From contig JBHJMP010000118.1 of the NCBI GenBank assembly GCA_043381765.1, forward strand, positions 1-41,553: a stretch of 41,553 bases of DNA, written 5' to 3'. Within the stretch, counting starts at the first letter, position 1; each line of letters starts with the position of its first letter. Under the pieces are notes generated by a model. It saw nothing but the letters and a program-made list of their open reading frames with translations, was not told the DNA's origin and searched no databases. The position numbers and the translations under genes were made by a program. Source of the stretch: Collodictyon triciliatum (taxonomy: Eukaryota). Of this stretch, positions 1 through 14,089 are shown one piece after another.

Positions 1-18
1 AATATCGCTCAAACTTAC

Positions 19-184
19 TTGCTTCAGCTCCAGAAGCTTTCGGGCGTTTTCTGCAGTGCGGAAGGCAATCAGGCAAAGGCCTTCGCTGTCCGGTAAGCGC
101 AATTGGATGGACTCTTCCCAAAGTTTGTTCGCTTTCAAGAAGGAGGCGAGCGCATCTGTGAGCCTGCCTGCCTTGCTCTTGTTT
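19..184 (-). CDS. Internal exon of a partial gene running off the window start; RRM-like fragment
   Basis: AG acceptor at 185-186 and GTAAGT donor at 18. Open frame NKSKAGRLTDALASFLKANKLWEESIQLRLPDSEGLCLIAFRTAENARKLLELKQ has a helix / RNP1-like GLCLIAF / helix pattern. Upstream exons (about 218-550) could not be phased consistently. Confidence 0.4.
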
Positions 185-1371
185 CTATATAAAAGGACTG
201 TCGTTAAAAAAAAAACCCTGTGTATCGAACCATCAAACTCTCAGCAGCCTATTCACGAGAAACTTCCACACCGAATCACGGAGGAAAGAACAAACCAGGG
301 TTACAAAGGAACTGCATGGCACTATCGAAAGAAAAGTTCTTCAGGAAGCCTGCACCACGTATGGGTGATGGGGAGTTGCAACGCACGGACACAAATGGTC
401 GACAGACATGTTCCCCACGACTGATGAGACGATTGGATAGGACACTTCATCAGCCCACAAACCTTTAGTAAGAACTGCCAACGGAATAGCGGTATGCCTC
501 CACCGTTGGGCAAGCTCTGACCGAAACGGTATCAATCCGAGTTGAATCTGTAAGTGCGAACGAGCCCAGGGCATCAAGTCTGTTTTGCAAACGAAGGATG
601 TGATTTGCGAGCTATTTTGCAATCTACGCTTTCCTAACTTTGAAAGTTTTCTAGTTTTCAATAGTAATATCGTTAATAGTGTAGCCATTCTTTTGGCCAT
701 CTAGATTTTGACCGACCGGGCGTTGTAGTTCCGCCTCCACATCTTCTAAGTGTGTGCGAATATCACATCGTCCGATTTCATTCTTTGTTTATTTAGGTGT
801 GTCTGCTTCGTCTGAAGTTGGGTTCAACTCTTCGTACTGTGTTGGGGCAAGAACGGTTGCTCATGAGCCCCTTTCATTTCACGCTCTCCTGTTGCTGTTT
901 TTTTTTTATCTAAACTTTTATTTTATTTATATCTGGCTCATTGTCCTGGTATCCCCTTATGGCCATGAGTATGCTTAGATGTGTCGCTTATGTATTTTCC
1001 TCATGAAATAGAAAATTATGGATAATTGTTCACACGGCCAAGTGACTGCGCAAAAGTTAGGCTTCTAGGGATGGATGCATCGTGAAAGGCAATTCAAACT
1101 TGAAAGGAAGAATAGCAAAATAGTCACTTGTGCGGCGCATAGTGAGGAACGAACGAACTCAGGGAAAGAAGATGAGTGGGATGACACCTTATTCATACCT
1201 GATACCAAGACAAGTAGTCTCGAGTGACGGCGTGGGGTGATTATTTCATGTTTTATGTATCCGTTTAAAGTAATTAATAATATCAAAAGAAGAAAAAAAA
1301 GGGGGCGATATGTGAAGCAAAGAGGAAGAAGTACTTTGTGATTGAGTTCAGTTGATATCCAAATGCGCAGG

Positions 1372-2654
1372 TCATGGATTGGTTTGGTTCAGATGTGACA
1401 TGGCTTCTCTTCTTGAATCATGATTTGTCTTAAACACACCCGTCATAAACGTGGTAGTAGTGGTCACCCCAGACTTTCGGACACCCCTCATAGCCATACA
1501 AAAGTGCCTAGACATTCGTAATATTCAACTCTATCAGTAAGCAGCTCGGTGCAGACTGATTTGTGTGTTCGTATGGATAATCAACACATTTGAATATGTA
1601 AGGGAAAAAATAAAAGGCATGCCATCAGCATCACAGGTACATGGAAATCAATTGAACACCATTTGTATTCGAATATATACAACTCACGTGGCCTCAAGCT
1701 TTACAGCCACTCCTTTCGGCTCCAGAACGTCCTGCAAACACTCTGCAATGTCCTTCGTCATGCGTTCTTGAACCTGAAATCCAAGTACTTAGAAAGGCCT
1801 CCTTTCTTTTTTTTCTTTTTTTTCTTTTTTTCTTCTTTTCTTCTTTTCTTCTTTTCTTCTTTTCTTCTTTTCTTCTTTTCTTCTTTTCTTCTTTTCTTCT
1901 TTTCTTCTTTTCTTCTTTTTTTTGCATATGGTGGCGATAACCTTCATAAATGTAAAAAAAAAAAAATTATCGAAGACCAAAAACAAGAGAAATATCTAAA
2001 ATGAAAACAAGCACAAAAAAAAAAGTGTACTGATTATTCTCGACGGTACAAGGTATGGAAAAGGGGTCTTCAAACCTGCAGCCGGCGCGCATAGGCGTCC
2101 GTGATTCTGGCGAGCTTACTGAGGCCGACAATCTTGCCCGATGGCTGGTACAGAATCGTTGCCTTTCCGACAAAAGGCACGAGATGGTGCTCGCACAGAG
2201 AAAAGAACTCTATGTCGCGCAGCATCACAAGCTGATCGTTTGTCTCTTCATGGAACAGGGCCTGCCGAAGAATCTGCTTTGGGTCCTGCGTGTACCCGTG
2301 TGTGAACTCGAGCATGGCTTTTGCAGCCCGATCGGGCGTCTTCAGCAGGCCTTCTCGTCCCACGTCCTCGCCAAGCGTGTGGAGGACATCGCGGTAGTGC
2401 GCTGAAAGTATGTTGCGCTTCTGCTCGCGATCGGCTTCGTTCATGGGCCTCTGCTGCGTCCCGTTCTGTGCGTCTTTGTGTGGGTGGCTGTGAGTATGGT
2501 CGTCACCGTCGCAACACACCGCGGAGGACAAGCTGCCCTTTTTGTCTGGGTGTGACTTTTCTTGGACGTTTGGTGTCCTTGAAAAGCCTCGGTTGAGCCA
2601 CAGAAGCCCGTCGCGACTGCCTCGGCCAAGTAGCGTCATATTGCGTGTGAGCAT
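1372..2654 (-). CDS. GCH1: GTP cyclohydrolase I, 3 exons (2654-2076, 1773-1688, 1507-1372)
   Basis: Spliced translation has [38 protein letters not shown] and HFCMAMRGV. Both introns are GT-AG in compatible phase; ends ...HLNQTNP TGA. Confidence 0.95.
1800..1923. repeat. Pyrimidine-only (TTC/TTTTC) tandem repeat in GCH1 intron 1
   Basis: Directly visible T/C-only array. Confidence 0.9.
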
Positions 2655-2782
2655 TGTGCCGGAAGTGCGCTAGTGGGCAGTGGATCATGAGTATTCTTCT
2701 GGGGTGTGTTGCCTATGCTATGGAATTGTGCGATGCGCAGGATATTGGTGCAGGGCAGGCTGCGGTAGCGACTGGGAGGGGC

Positions 2783-2997
2783 GGTTTTTTTATTGGGTTT
2801 TTTTAATTGGGTTTTTTTATTGGGTTTTTTTATTGGGTTTTTTTATTGGGTTTTTTTATTGGGTTTTTTTATTGGGTTTTTTTATTGGGTTTTTTTATTT
2901 GGTTTTTTTATTGGGTTTTTTTATTGGGTTTTTTTATTGGGTTTTTTTATTGGGTTTTTTTATTGGGTTTTTTTATTGGGTTTTTTTATTGGTTTTC
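2783..2997. repeat. 13-bp minisatellite (TTTTTTTATTGGG)n, about 16 copies
   Basis: Near-perfect tandem array about 130 nt upstream of the GCH1 ATG. Confidence 0.95.
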
Positions 2998-3087
2998 TGC
3001 CGATGGAAATGTTTAACGTTTAAAATTCGGTTTTGGCAAAGGTCAAGAAAAGAGAAAATGGATCGTATCGAATCCAAAACGCTTGCA

Positions 3088-3182
3088 CATCATATCATAT
3101 CATATCACATCATATCATATCATATCATATCATATCATATCATATCATATCATATCATATCATATCATATCATATCATATCA
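3088..3182. repeat. (CATAT)n microsatellite
   Basis: Directly visible. Confidence 0.95.
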
Positions 3183-3350
3183 AAGGAGTGATGTTGCGTA
3201 ACAGGAGCAGGCCACCAAGCAAAGCAAGCTGATTTGGGCTTCACTGAGGTTTATATGGAAAATTGGGGGGTGAGGAAGGCGCAGGTCTGCACACAAAGTG
3301 GGCGTTGAAAAGGGCAGCCGTGTCGAATGAATTATTTTCTATTCTGTTTT

Positions 3351-6300
3351 CTAAACAGCGCTTTCCCCTACGCGGGATGGTTCTTGGTTGGCCGTAGAAC
3401 TTCGATTCTAAAATATTGACACATGAATATATATATTTCGGATATTTGACATGCAGTAAAATCTTGAATTCTATATTTACTGAGGGTCATAATAAAGACA
3501 CAGATTGAGTACAGATACGTACTACTTCATTTGCTGATTTCCTGAGTCTTCGAAAGACTATGAACCCGATGGATACAAGAACAGCAGCACCAAATACAGC
3601 AATTATGACTGAGCCATAAACTGGGAATCCGTTTTGGTCTTTTGACGAATATTTTCGCGCAACGGCAGTGTAAGTCGATAGCTCCTTACAGGCACAAGCT
3701 ATTGAGTCGGGTGAAGTGGATAAAGTCGTGCATAGAGAGTCTGTCCAGTGGCCTTCACGACTCAAAGATTGGCATCGAGGGTACTCTGGGGTGTTTTAAT
3801 GTGAGGTTTGTCTCGTAAATAAATTGTCGATTAGGATTTATTTCCATAATTATTCGTTTATTTGTTTATAGTTCACTTGGCTTCTTATTTTGCTTCCAAC
3901 CATTAGATTAGCTGGTCAGATATGATTTAAAAAAAAAACCTTTTCCTCGAACGCTATCAATGGGGAGCTCGATAGTCACGCTGTTTATCTCTGAGTTTAC
4001 AGGGAACACTTGGATTGGTGTGGAAAGAGACGTCAAGATTTGAACAGATGTTGTGTTTGCGATGACTCTAATGATGGATAGAACCTTGAGCTTGACCTAA
4101 TTAATTTCCATAGAGACGAGTACGCATAGCATTTAGATTGGTGAAGAAAACGTCATCAAATGAACCTGTTTTTAAGTGGAGCATCCACCATTAAGTGTTC
4201 AGGACTTTTATTTAATGTTAACACATATACACCATAACAACTGCCGTCTATGTTCTCAAGGTTCCTCAACCTGTGGTATTGTTTATCACGTTTTGTTCAA
4301 AAAAGAAATTATACTTAATCAGATGATAATATCAAAAAAAAATATTATACCTCGCTTTTACCGCTTTTCCTGTCGTTCTGGTTCGAAGTTCAAAGTCTCC
4401 TGATGATTTGGTGGAGAATCCTGCTATTGTGTCTTCGTTTTGACTAATTAGTGGATTGGTACTCTGGCAACGCATGTGAAAATAATTTTCTCTGCAGTCA
4501 AAGAAATTACACGAATATAATTGAAGTGAGTATAATTGCACTTACCTCTCGAGAAAGACAATGAAAATCCATTTGTATGATATTGATCGGGTGGGAAACC
4601 ACAATCCAGTTCATCGAAGGCCAGAATGGCTACATTCTGCGATTTCAAACTAAATAAGAAAGCATCCTCCATATCTTTTCCTTTATTTGATTCAAACCTC
4701 TGTATTTTGTTAATATAAATGCAGTTGATTATCTTTGAATAACCTCTTCTATCAATCGCTTCATTTCATAGTTTGTAGCAGAGGCTCTGGACTGGAATCG
4801 GTTATCTATCTCACGTAAGAGATTCAATCTGTCTGTTATCTCCAGGAAACTCTTGAATATTTACAAAAGCTTTAGGATTTGACCAGACGTAAACACCTCG
4901 ATAAAAAAAAAAGTATTATCTTTAAACAAAGGCTATATCACCTGTACGGTTTTAGCCCTTAAAGACCTGTTGACAGGTGACATCGACACAAACTTTTTAG
5001 ATAGAATGGTGTTGTAAGTAGTATAGTTAGTAAAACCATCAAGTGTTGTATGAGGAACCAAACGGAGTCCCAGTTCAAAGGCTTGTGAAATAACAGAAAT
5101 GGCCTACAGTTGGATTCAACGGTCAGACTGAGTGCTTTTTGATCCTTACACGAGCACTAGATGAAGTTGCTTGACCTTATTTAACCACTGACTCATTTAT
5201 TTGGACTTTCTTTTTTTTTTTGAGAAAATATAATAGATTTCATTGAGTATATTTATGGGGACGACCCACGTGTTCAGGGGCATTGATTCCATCGCTGATA
5301 TGTTGACTCAATATTTTTTCAATAAACGTGGGAGAGAGAATCGGTTCGGATTCAGGGTGAATAATTTGATAATTTTCTATGCAAAAGATGACAATTTAGA
5401 TTCAAAGTTGAGTTTAGATGTATCCAAATTTTCATATACCAGTATGAAAATAACCGTATGAAAATGAAAAATATTCATAGTAAGGTCGGATGTTGGGAAT
5501 TTACCAACACTCCAGAAAATAATCGATAATGTCGCGCTAGATGCCCAGTAATCCGACATCAACCAATGCAGAGTATTGTAAGATTTTAATGATGCCTTGA
5601 TTTGCTCATCAATGGTGACACTTTTTTGAACAGTCACAGTCGTATTAGATTCTGTGAAATCACCTTCAGCGAAAGGTATATATTTAAGTATGCATTTTTT
5701 TTTTATTAATCCATCATTTGAGGAAAATAGAGAATGATTACAGAGGTTTTATAAAAAAAAAAATATAGCAACTCTACTATTGATATACCTGTTTCATCAT
5801 GAACCCGTAGGCAAATGAATAAAATGCCTTTCGAATTTCTTGGCCATGGCAGAGGAGTTCTTTATAGTATTAAGTTAGTGCTAGAGGCAAATAGAATCTA
5901 CATAATAACTGTTTGCTTCATTTTCATACTAGTTCTTACGAAATTTTGTTTGAAAGCATCTTTGGTGTCAGTAAAATTTCTCTGGACTGAAAAGATTCAG
6001 AATCTACCACCGAGAACGAAAATTGGAGCTGCTGAGAATTACTATCATCAACCCATCCATCAGCTTGAATGTGGAAAACTGTATCCATCGCCTTTCAATT
6101 TTTTGAATGCGTGAAAATCAATCTTGTGCAAGAATTTTGAGATTTTTTTGGAGCAAATGAATAAATATAATTTTATCTTGTGAATGAAAGTATTCATGTC
6201 TACACCTCGAAAAAGTTCGTATACTTATTCATCTCAAATCAATAAATAAAAAAATTACTTTTCCTTGAGTTGGGAATACTTTAATAGAACCTCGAAAAGG

Positions 6301-9300
6301 TGGTTTGTTGTACTGAATCATTATTGTGGATTTGATTTTCACGCCTTCATGGTTTGTGGATAATTCGATCTCATAAGGAAACATAGGAGCAATTTTCTAA
6401 GTTTTTTTTGTATTGAGTTACTACAATGTCTTTTGACTTCATTTATATTCGAGTTTGATTTTTACATAATTGGAAGGAAACCCCATACATTTTCAGGTCG
6501 TATAAGAATAGCCAATGGATTTCGTGTGGATGATATATTTGGGTCAGACAGATTTAATCCGGGCCTCTCGTATGACCAAGTGATATTACTAAGAGCTGCA
6601 TTTTGTCCTATTACTTTTCCTTTTACTTGAGTTGCATACCACGATGGTTTCCCTGAACTGTTAAAAATTATGTAGTAAGAGACTACTTGTTTAATACTCG
6701 ATGAAAAATATTAAAAGTCTACTTTTCTACTTAAAAAGTATGTACTATCAGTGCAAAATACCTGAAATCTCCCTCAATTTTGATATTTGGAATATTTGTA
6801 ACATTAACAAAATCTATGTAGCAATACGCTGCTTGCTTGAATCCATTCGCCCTGGCTGTGACAACAAACTCAGATCTATATATGACGAATTTTGGTTTAA
6901 TACTTAATCCCTCGTTGGGAATCAAATGGCAATCGTCCATCATATACGTTCAATTTCACATTTTAAGTAACCTATCGAAAAATGCAACGTAAATATATTC
7001 ACTTAACCTTCCTAAGGGAAATTGTGGCGATGAGAAATAGTTTTTCGGTGTCGAAGTGATCTTTTTAAAGCTAAATGGACATTCTTCATTATCATATCGG
7101 CTACACATCCACTCATAAATAACTAAGGTGCTTGTTTGTAATCCGTGTGTAATCGCCTCTAAAGTAAAATTTTGTGCAAAACTGCGTGTGGTATTGCATC
7201 CGTCTAGGTATATATTATGCACAGGACTGACAAAAACTCTCATCTAAATATTATTTCGTTGGGACATTTTTAAAAATGAAGTCAATTAACAAACAATTTT
7301 TGGTAAAAGAAAAAAAAAAGGCACGAACCTGTGACAATTGTGCTATATTTGATCCTTGTTTCATGGCAATATTTATGTTGATGTTAGTTCCTATGTATGA
7401 TTTCATTCTGCCCGCAGGTATAACCTACAATAATAGATATTTTATCAATAGGTTTAAGAATCCTTCCAAATGTAGAATAGAATAAAAGTAAGACTATGTC
7501 GTTTATTGTCAATATATTGAACTATATACCAACATACCAAGTCTTTCTGAATGAGCTCTTGTAATGAAAACACATTTGATATTCCCACAGAGCTTCCTTC
7601 TGGTTGTATTGTCCATTTATATGTGATAGGGGATACAACGCTACAGTTTGAGAACAATGCCATCGAATGTATGATATAGTCGACGGAATGATCAATTTCT
7701 ATGGAACGTGGCCCAACAATTCCGGAACTGAATCCACCATTTTCAGAGACTTTGACCGAAAATTTTAATGGTAAGCTTTCCAATTCTTGATAATCTATGA
7801 CTACCAGTTGAACAGTAACATAAAGAGGCAGGTTCTTACTCATCTAAGTAATTGTAAAGAAAACTATGTTTGGTATAAATTTTACATGCTGTGCAATAGG
7901 TGTGCAAATTCAACGCAAATACAAGGAATGTAAATATAGAACATACCATTTGTCTAACAAGAGCATTTGGTATCAACATGTTTTCTTTTGTTTGATTTAA
8001 AAGATGTTTCTGATACATGTTATGTATGAAAGATATTTAGTTTATCGTAAAGGCTCTACTGCAGAAACATTTCTTTAAAAATAAAAATCATATATTGGTC
8101 TCATATCTAGAGTACAAAAATCGTCTTATTTTTAAAAAAAAAAATCACCTCGACTAATGAATTCTGTGGTGCAAGTAGTTCCCATTTAAATTTTAGTGGC
8201 TCGTAACTTGATCCAATAGATAGGCTTCCATCTAACTCAATATCGTCACATGCAGAAATGTAGTCATATCCTGTTATCTTTGCAACAGGCTGAAATTGCT
8301 TCGTGGATGATATTATATCTAAATTTTGGCCACATGTAAATAATATGCACATCACTTTTAAAAAAATTATAGATTTTTAGTTCATAACACCTCATTCGTT
8401 ATTAATTATATTTTAATCATCCATCTCGAATTATATGCACCTGAGCCTGAGGAAAATGGAAAAGCTTCCCGGTTAATGTTTTCTGTCCCCTTTTCGAATA
8501 TTACATCACTTTTTATTGTGATAAACAATGAACCATTAACCACATATTTAGGCCATACTGACAAGATTTTGTGAGATGACCATGTACACGTGGAATCCTC
8601 TCCGATTATCTGCTCAAATATTGTATTCAGAAATACTCGGTAAAAAAATTAGAGTTTGCCAGTCAAAGTCGAAGTTAAAGTCAAAGTCAAAGTCAAAGTC
8701 AAAGTAAAATATTTTTATCCAAGAGTCGAAAAAAGCGAAATAGAAAATGAAAAGTAAAAAAAGCAAATAAGAACGTGTAAAGAGTTTAATAGAATACCTT
8801 GATACAATCATCGGTCAGAAAATCAGAACATTTGCTCTTCAGAGGAACAAATCCGCCCATATTCGTATCGATGTCAAATTTTACATCAAATCGAAGCTGT
8901 CTTTCTGTGTATGATATCTCAACAATTTTTGGCGGGGGTTCTAAAGTAGTGTTATTTAGTTATAGACATATTGACGGGAAAACATTATAACGCAATGAAC
9001 CCTTACTTTGATATATGATGGTTGCTCCAATGCTTTCGTATTGTTGTCCATTAGGGCTAATCAACACGTCATAGATGCCCGCGTGGTTTTTGGGTGTTTC
9101 AGCTGATAAGCTTGTATAATCGTCCCAATATAATTTGTTTGCGTTGCCATTCCCTATTCGTATCGATGTCCACCCCCTGTCGACGAAATTGAGGCCTACC
9201 AAATATTTGATTGACTTTCCAAAAACAATACAGTAATTTTTATATTTTTATCAGTTGTATAGAAGTTTATATGATCGAGGCAATCAAGAATCTACCATTC

Positions 9301-12300
9301 AAGCTTATCTCTGATGCCTTTTTATATGGGACTATATTTGGAGTCATGCTAGAGGCATCTAATTTCTCATAAAAGTAGAAATTCTCTGGACCAATAACCC
9401 CGTTCTATCAGTATTATTGAATAATTAAGTTTTTTTTCTGAACTTTCTGACTGATCGTTCAAGAGTTATCTTCAGTTTTTTTTTTGGATTAGATGAATGA
9501 TAATGTGCAAAATATCATAGGCAATTGAAAAAATCACCTCATGTGATATAGTAATCTGTCCAACCGAATAACCATATTTTCTCAAAGGAATTGTTCCAAC
9601 GTATGTACCAGAAGTCATCTTCGATAAGCTGAAATCCACATTTACCCTCTATACGTAATATAGAGCTAATTTATTCAAGCAAATCTTGTGACTGAATAAC
9701 TCTTTTCTCAATTACTGTAAAATACATCGTATATTGCCCTAAAAAACAAAAAGAAGAATAAGAAAAGTGGACAAACCTGAACTACCAGTGTCGCTGTATA
9801 TGTTTCTGAAGTTAAGTGTCTTGATTTTACCGTAATAGACGTGCCTCCTGGAAATTCGTATGACATTATTGTGACGGCTTAATTAAGATATTGTACAAAT
9901 ACAAAGTCCAAAAATATAGAATTATGAATAGGTACAATCAGAAAATTGTAATTCGAAAGGTGTCGCGGTACCTGTAACAGGGCCAAGATTCGGTTCCAAA
10001 TCTTGAAATCCGTTATCAAAATATTGAATGTGGTTTGAGTCTTGATTCATTTGATTCCCGACCTTGGCTGATACATTTGCAACTTTGCTGCCTTTATATT
10101 CAGGAGGCAACAGGCAATGGATAATAGAGTCACTGATATATATTGTGGTTATGCATGGGCGCTCGTCAACAAAAATGCTCTAATAGTTATATGTGTGTCA
10201 TTCATAGTCAATCTAAATATTTATATCAATTTTTCTACTCACAAGCAATTATGTGAGAAGGATGGTCATAGTATATAAAGATAAGCTTATTATTTAATTG
10301 ATATAGTTGATGTGTCACAAATGGCTAGTAGATAGTAACCTGTTGCCTTTTTTGAAATCCAAAATCTGACCCTGATATGGTTATGTAAGATCTTCCAACC
10401 AAACTTGAGGATGACGGGATAATAGAGCGAATAGAAGGCGGCGAGTAGCTCCAAAATACTTGACTCAAAAAATCGAATCCATTTATGTGAATGTATACTG
10501 GGTTATTTGCTCCTAGCCCTGGTGGTGATTTGCATAGAATGTAATCAAATGCTCTTTTCTGGATTGCGCAACTTGAATTTCCAAATTTTACCTGAGATAA
10601 TACGTCATATCATATTAGACAACAATTTAACTCTACAAATGATGCATAAAAATGCCCTATTAATGTGTTCAATTTTAACTTTTTAATTGCTTACATGTAA
10701 AGGAATACTGTCAGAAAAAGTTGATATGTTGTCCCCATAAATGGTAACTAGCGTTCCACCTCGCGTTGGTCCTCTGATTGGTTGGGTATTGAAGAGAACA
10801 GGGGCTGCGTATGACCACAAAAACTGGTTATTAATTTGCTTTAACTGGTTGACATATATGTAGATGGGTATGTCAGATCCGAATCCAGGATAGGTTATAC
10901 AGGACAGGACAGATTGCGTTGGGATCCCAGATAACTCGCAAGTTTGGTTGCCGATTGTAATGTTAACATTCTCAATTACATTTCCATAAGAACCAGATAA
11001 AGTGATGTTTGTGCCTCCGCCAAAAGATCCAGTATTCCGAGAAATCGATTGTGTAAAGGGGCGATACAGCCACACACCAAGAAGGGCAGCTATCTGAGAG
11101 AATTATTAGTGACATCTGCACGAAATGTTAGATAGAATTTTTCATAGTGGTCAATAATTCAGATGTCATTAGATGTCGATACCTGATTGGCTTGGGTGAT
11201 TTTAATGTCACATTTAAATCCTACAGCAAAGCCGGGTGGACTGTGAATTACTAAGACCTCATCGCTCCTAACAACTGCCCTTTTTAAGTCAACTAATCCC
11301 GTATCTAAGTAGACCCTTTGATCACAGTTCTCATGATTTGCGAAATTTTCCCCTTTTATTGTAACCTTCAAAAATTCTCATTAGTTAAAATATGATCCTC
11401 ATACAATATCTTTATTTCGACATTCGCCAGTATGTAATATTTAAAAAGCTGTCGTTGAGCTGACGAATAACTATATATGCTAGTAAAGTGCTTACCAAAT
11501 CACCCCCGACAATGTCTCCGATGTTGGGATAAATCGAATATATTCTAGGGGCGGCGTAAGAGAATGATGCACCTCCATACCCTTTCTCTTGTCTGTGTTA
11601 AATCATCCAGGGGGGGGGGGAATTATATATGTTTTTATGATAGGGCTGACGAAATTCAAGTAGTTTTTTCATGTGTAATCTTGCATCCAAAAAGAAAATA
11701 CAACGAGTTTGGATGGAATTACCTGATTATATATTGAACCGCCAAGTCCTTCCCACATCCGGGTGGGACGAAACATGAGGCTTTATTATCACTCAATATT
11801 TTTAGTCGGTGGCACCTGTGATTTCCAATGACAACTTTGGCAGTGTGGATTCTCAGTGCTGTGAAGTAGTTTCCAAAGACAAACATCTGATAACCTAGTA
11901 GACCAATCCCTCTGAATATCCTCTGATGAATACTTGATAAAGATATCACACTAGTTTGGTATTTTTTTACCTCCTTCTGTGGAATTTTGGTGTACTTTAA
12001 TGTTTGTGGTGATCGGTGCATGATATGTGAAAGTAAAGGAAGACGGAAGTGATCTGATGCTTCCACAAGACACCTGCAATCGAAGTATATTATCGATGCC
12101 TACCATTAGTGATTAAACAAATGCAGGATAGCAATATTTATGGTCTCAATTTGAAATATGAATCATTTTATGTAAGGGATTAGGGCTAGGCATTAATTTA
12201 TCTCTGACTTACAAAGATTTGGTGCACTTCTTTATCTAATCCCTCAGGAGTTATGCATGTAAATTCCTTTTCGGATAATAAGTGTGGGCCTAGGCAACTT

Positions 12301-14089
12301 TTCTTTCCAACGAATATTTTCGTTTTTCTGCCACAAAAGTTTTCTCCTGATACAGTTATATGAGTTCCTCCACCAATACCTCCTAATGTGGGCTCAAGAT
12401 TGGTAACAAAGGGTCTGCGAGTAGGTTTCCTAGATGCTGTATGAATCTTATGTTCATATGAAACCTTTATAATATTCGTAAGAGAGGAAAAGTAATATAC
12501 AATTAATTTTAAAAGAAGTTCGATTACCACTAAAAGAATTATGTTGCATCCGAGATTTTGACTTTGATTTTGGCGAAGTTCTTGAATTTGTAGGAAGCTG
12601 TGTTTCATCAGCAAATCCAGAAGGTACTATATTTGAAGGTACATTCGAAAACATGGATTCGCCCGAGGGAGATGCAATTGGTGGGCTTTTGAGGGATGGC
12701 ATTCCAGACAGGGAACCAAGTGGTGATGATGACGGAATGGCGCTTGATGCGAATGCAGATCCACTGAATCCACTAAATGCGGCTACAGAACCAGTAAAGT
12801 AATTGGGATCAATTAGAAGTTTGCCGTATTATAAATTTTGACAATTATTAACTTCTGTCGCCTGGTTTCCATAATTTATCATAACATATTATTCATTGGT
12901 GAGAATTTGGGGAAGGAATGACAAATTAGGTTAAAAATATAAAGAAAGCTCACGAGTCGATGATATCATCGAGTTAAACGCTGAATCAGACCCTGATACA
13001 CCGATGACAGAATCACTGGGTCCAACCTCAGAAGAAGATGGAACTTCCTCACTGGGAGAAACACTAAATTGTGAAGGCTGTCCAGATGGCGATGATGAGG
13101 GTGCGATTGGAGAGGTAAATAAGATTGGACTTTTGGACACCAAAACTGACGGAGATGGTTGCAATGTGCCTGAAGCTGATGCTGGCCCTATTTGTGATAT
13201 TGAATCTGGGAAGTCAGACCCGCTTATTTGAAAACTCGGGGACTCACTCATAATTCCTGTTGTTGGTGCGACTGATGAAACTGCTATGGAACCAGATAGA
13301 ATCGGAGATTGGGCACGATTATTAAAGTCCTCGTTTTGTTCAAACAATTGCTGTTCATCAACTTCTTGGAACTCTTCTGTTGGGTTCGAATAATTCTTAT
13401 CGCTGAGATTATTCACCGTCGTATTTCCTGGTTTTAAATTTATAACATCAGCAAGTACGTCCTCGACTTCTTGAAGTTGTAACCTTGTAGTATTTTCTAT
13501 CTCTGTGGCTTTAGATGGAATTATATCACTATTTTTTTGTTCTGGGTATAGCTGTCCAAGATGAACATCGCCAGTGTTCTTGGCATCCTGAATTGAATAT
13601 GACTTCGTCGTATTATTTGAAGTTGTTAATGATGTTTTCAAGGATTTTGAATACAGTTTTTGATCAGAATGTTCTAGGATATCAGAACCATTCATATTTG
13701 TGCCTGTTGAAGGGACCTTCCCAAAAAGAGAAGTTTGCTTTGTCTTCTCATTATTCTTTTCAAAGTTTCCCATCATGACATCATACACTCTTTGTTGGAA
13801 GGCGTCTAACGCACCCTTTTCTCCGTTTCTCGAGTATGCACTGACCTGAGAATTGTATTTTGCATTTTTATTGCATACATATAGGTAGAAAATAGTGTCT
13901 TGTAAATAAAACTGCAAAGTTGGATTTTTTTTTCATTTTATTTTCTGCAAAGATGATGGATAATATCCTATACACCCAAATTTACAAAAGATTTTAGATA
14001 ATTACATCAGCCTGTGCTTTGGTGCCAGCGATACCCGATCCGAGGGTGAGAATGAGAATCACTGCCCAGAACAGAGTTTGCCCGCCCAT
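3351..14089 (-). CDS. Large multi-exon type I membrane protein: signal peptide, Ser/Pro-rich stalk, about 6-7 IPT/TIG repeats, REJ module, GPS-like motif, one TM helix, short tail (polycystin/REJ-like)
   Basis: Exon 1 MGGQTLFWAVILILTLGSGIAGTKAQAD. IPT repeats such as PTLGGIGGGTHITVSGENF, GSFGGGTNITLSG, GPTRGGTLVTIYGDN. REJ-type motifs CDDIELDGSLS...FKWEL and NKPPFRGSIKVFPTQGK|AMDTVFHIQADGWVD. GPS-like WTDSLC...IACACKELSTY, then TM VIIAVFGAAVLVSIGFIVF-RRLRK. Exons traced with GT-AG junctions from 14089 to about 6000; 3800-6000 was not fully resolved and the last exon is tentative. Confidence 0.8.

Noticed and set aside
2783-3182. Regular repeats considered as a CRISPR-like array
   Set aside because: No unique spacers, no cas genes, and a eukaryotic context.
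2680-3201. Hydrophobic repeat ORFs (FFYWVFLLG...) and similar poly-F/K/ER ORFs near 1.7, 29, 33.3 and 38.8 kb
   Set aside because: Translations of microsatellites with no independent coding evidence.
9640-9850. Possible frameshift involving a 23-nt micro-exon in the IPT-REJ gene
   Set aside because: Skipping the candidate micro-exon gives an in-frame join (LVVQ|RVNVDF), so no lesion is required.
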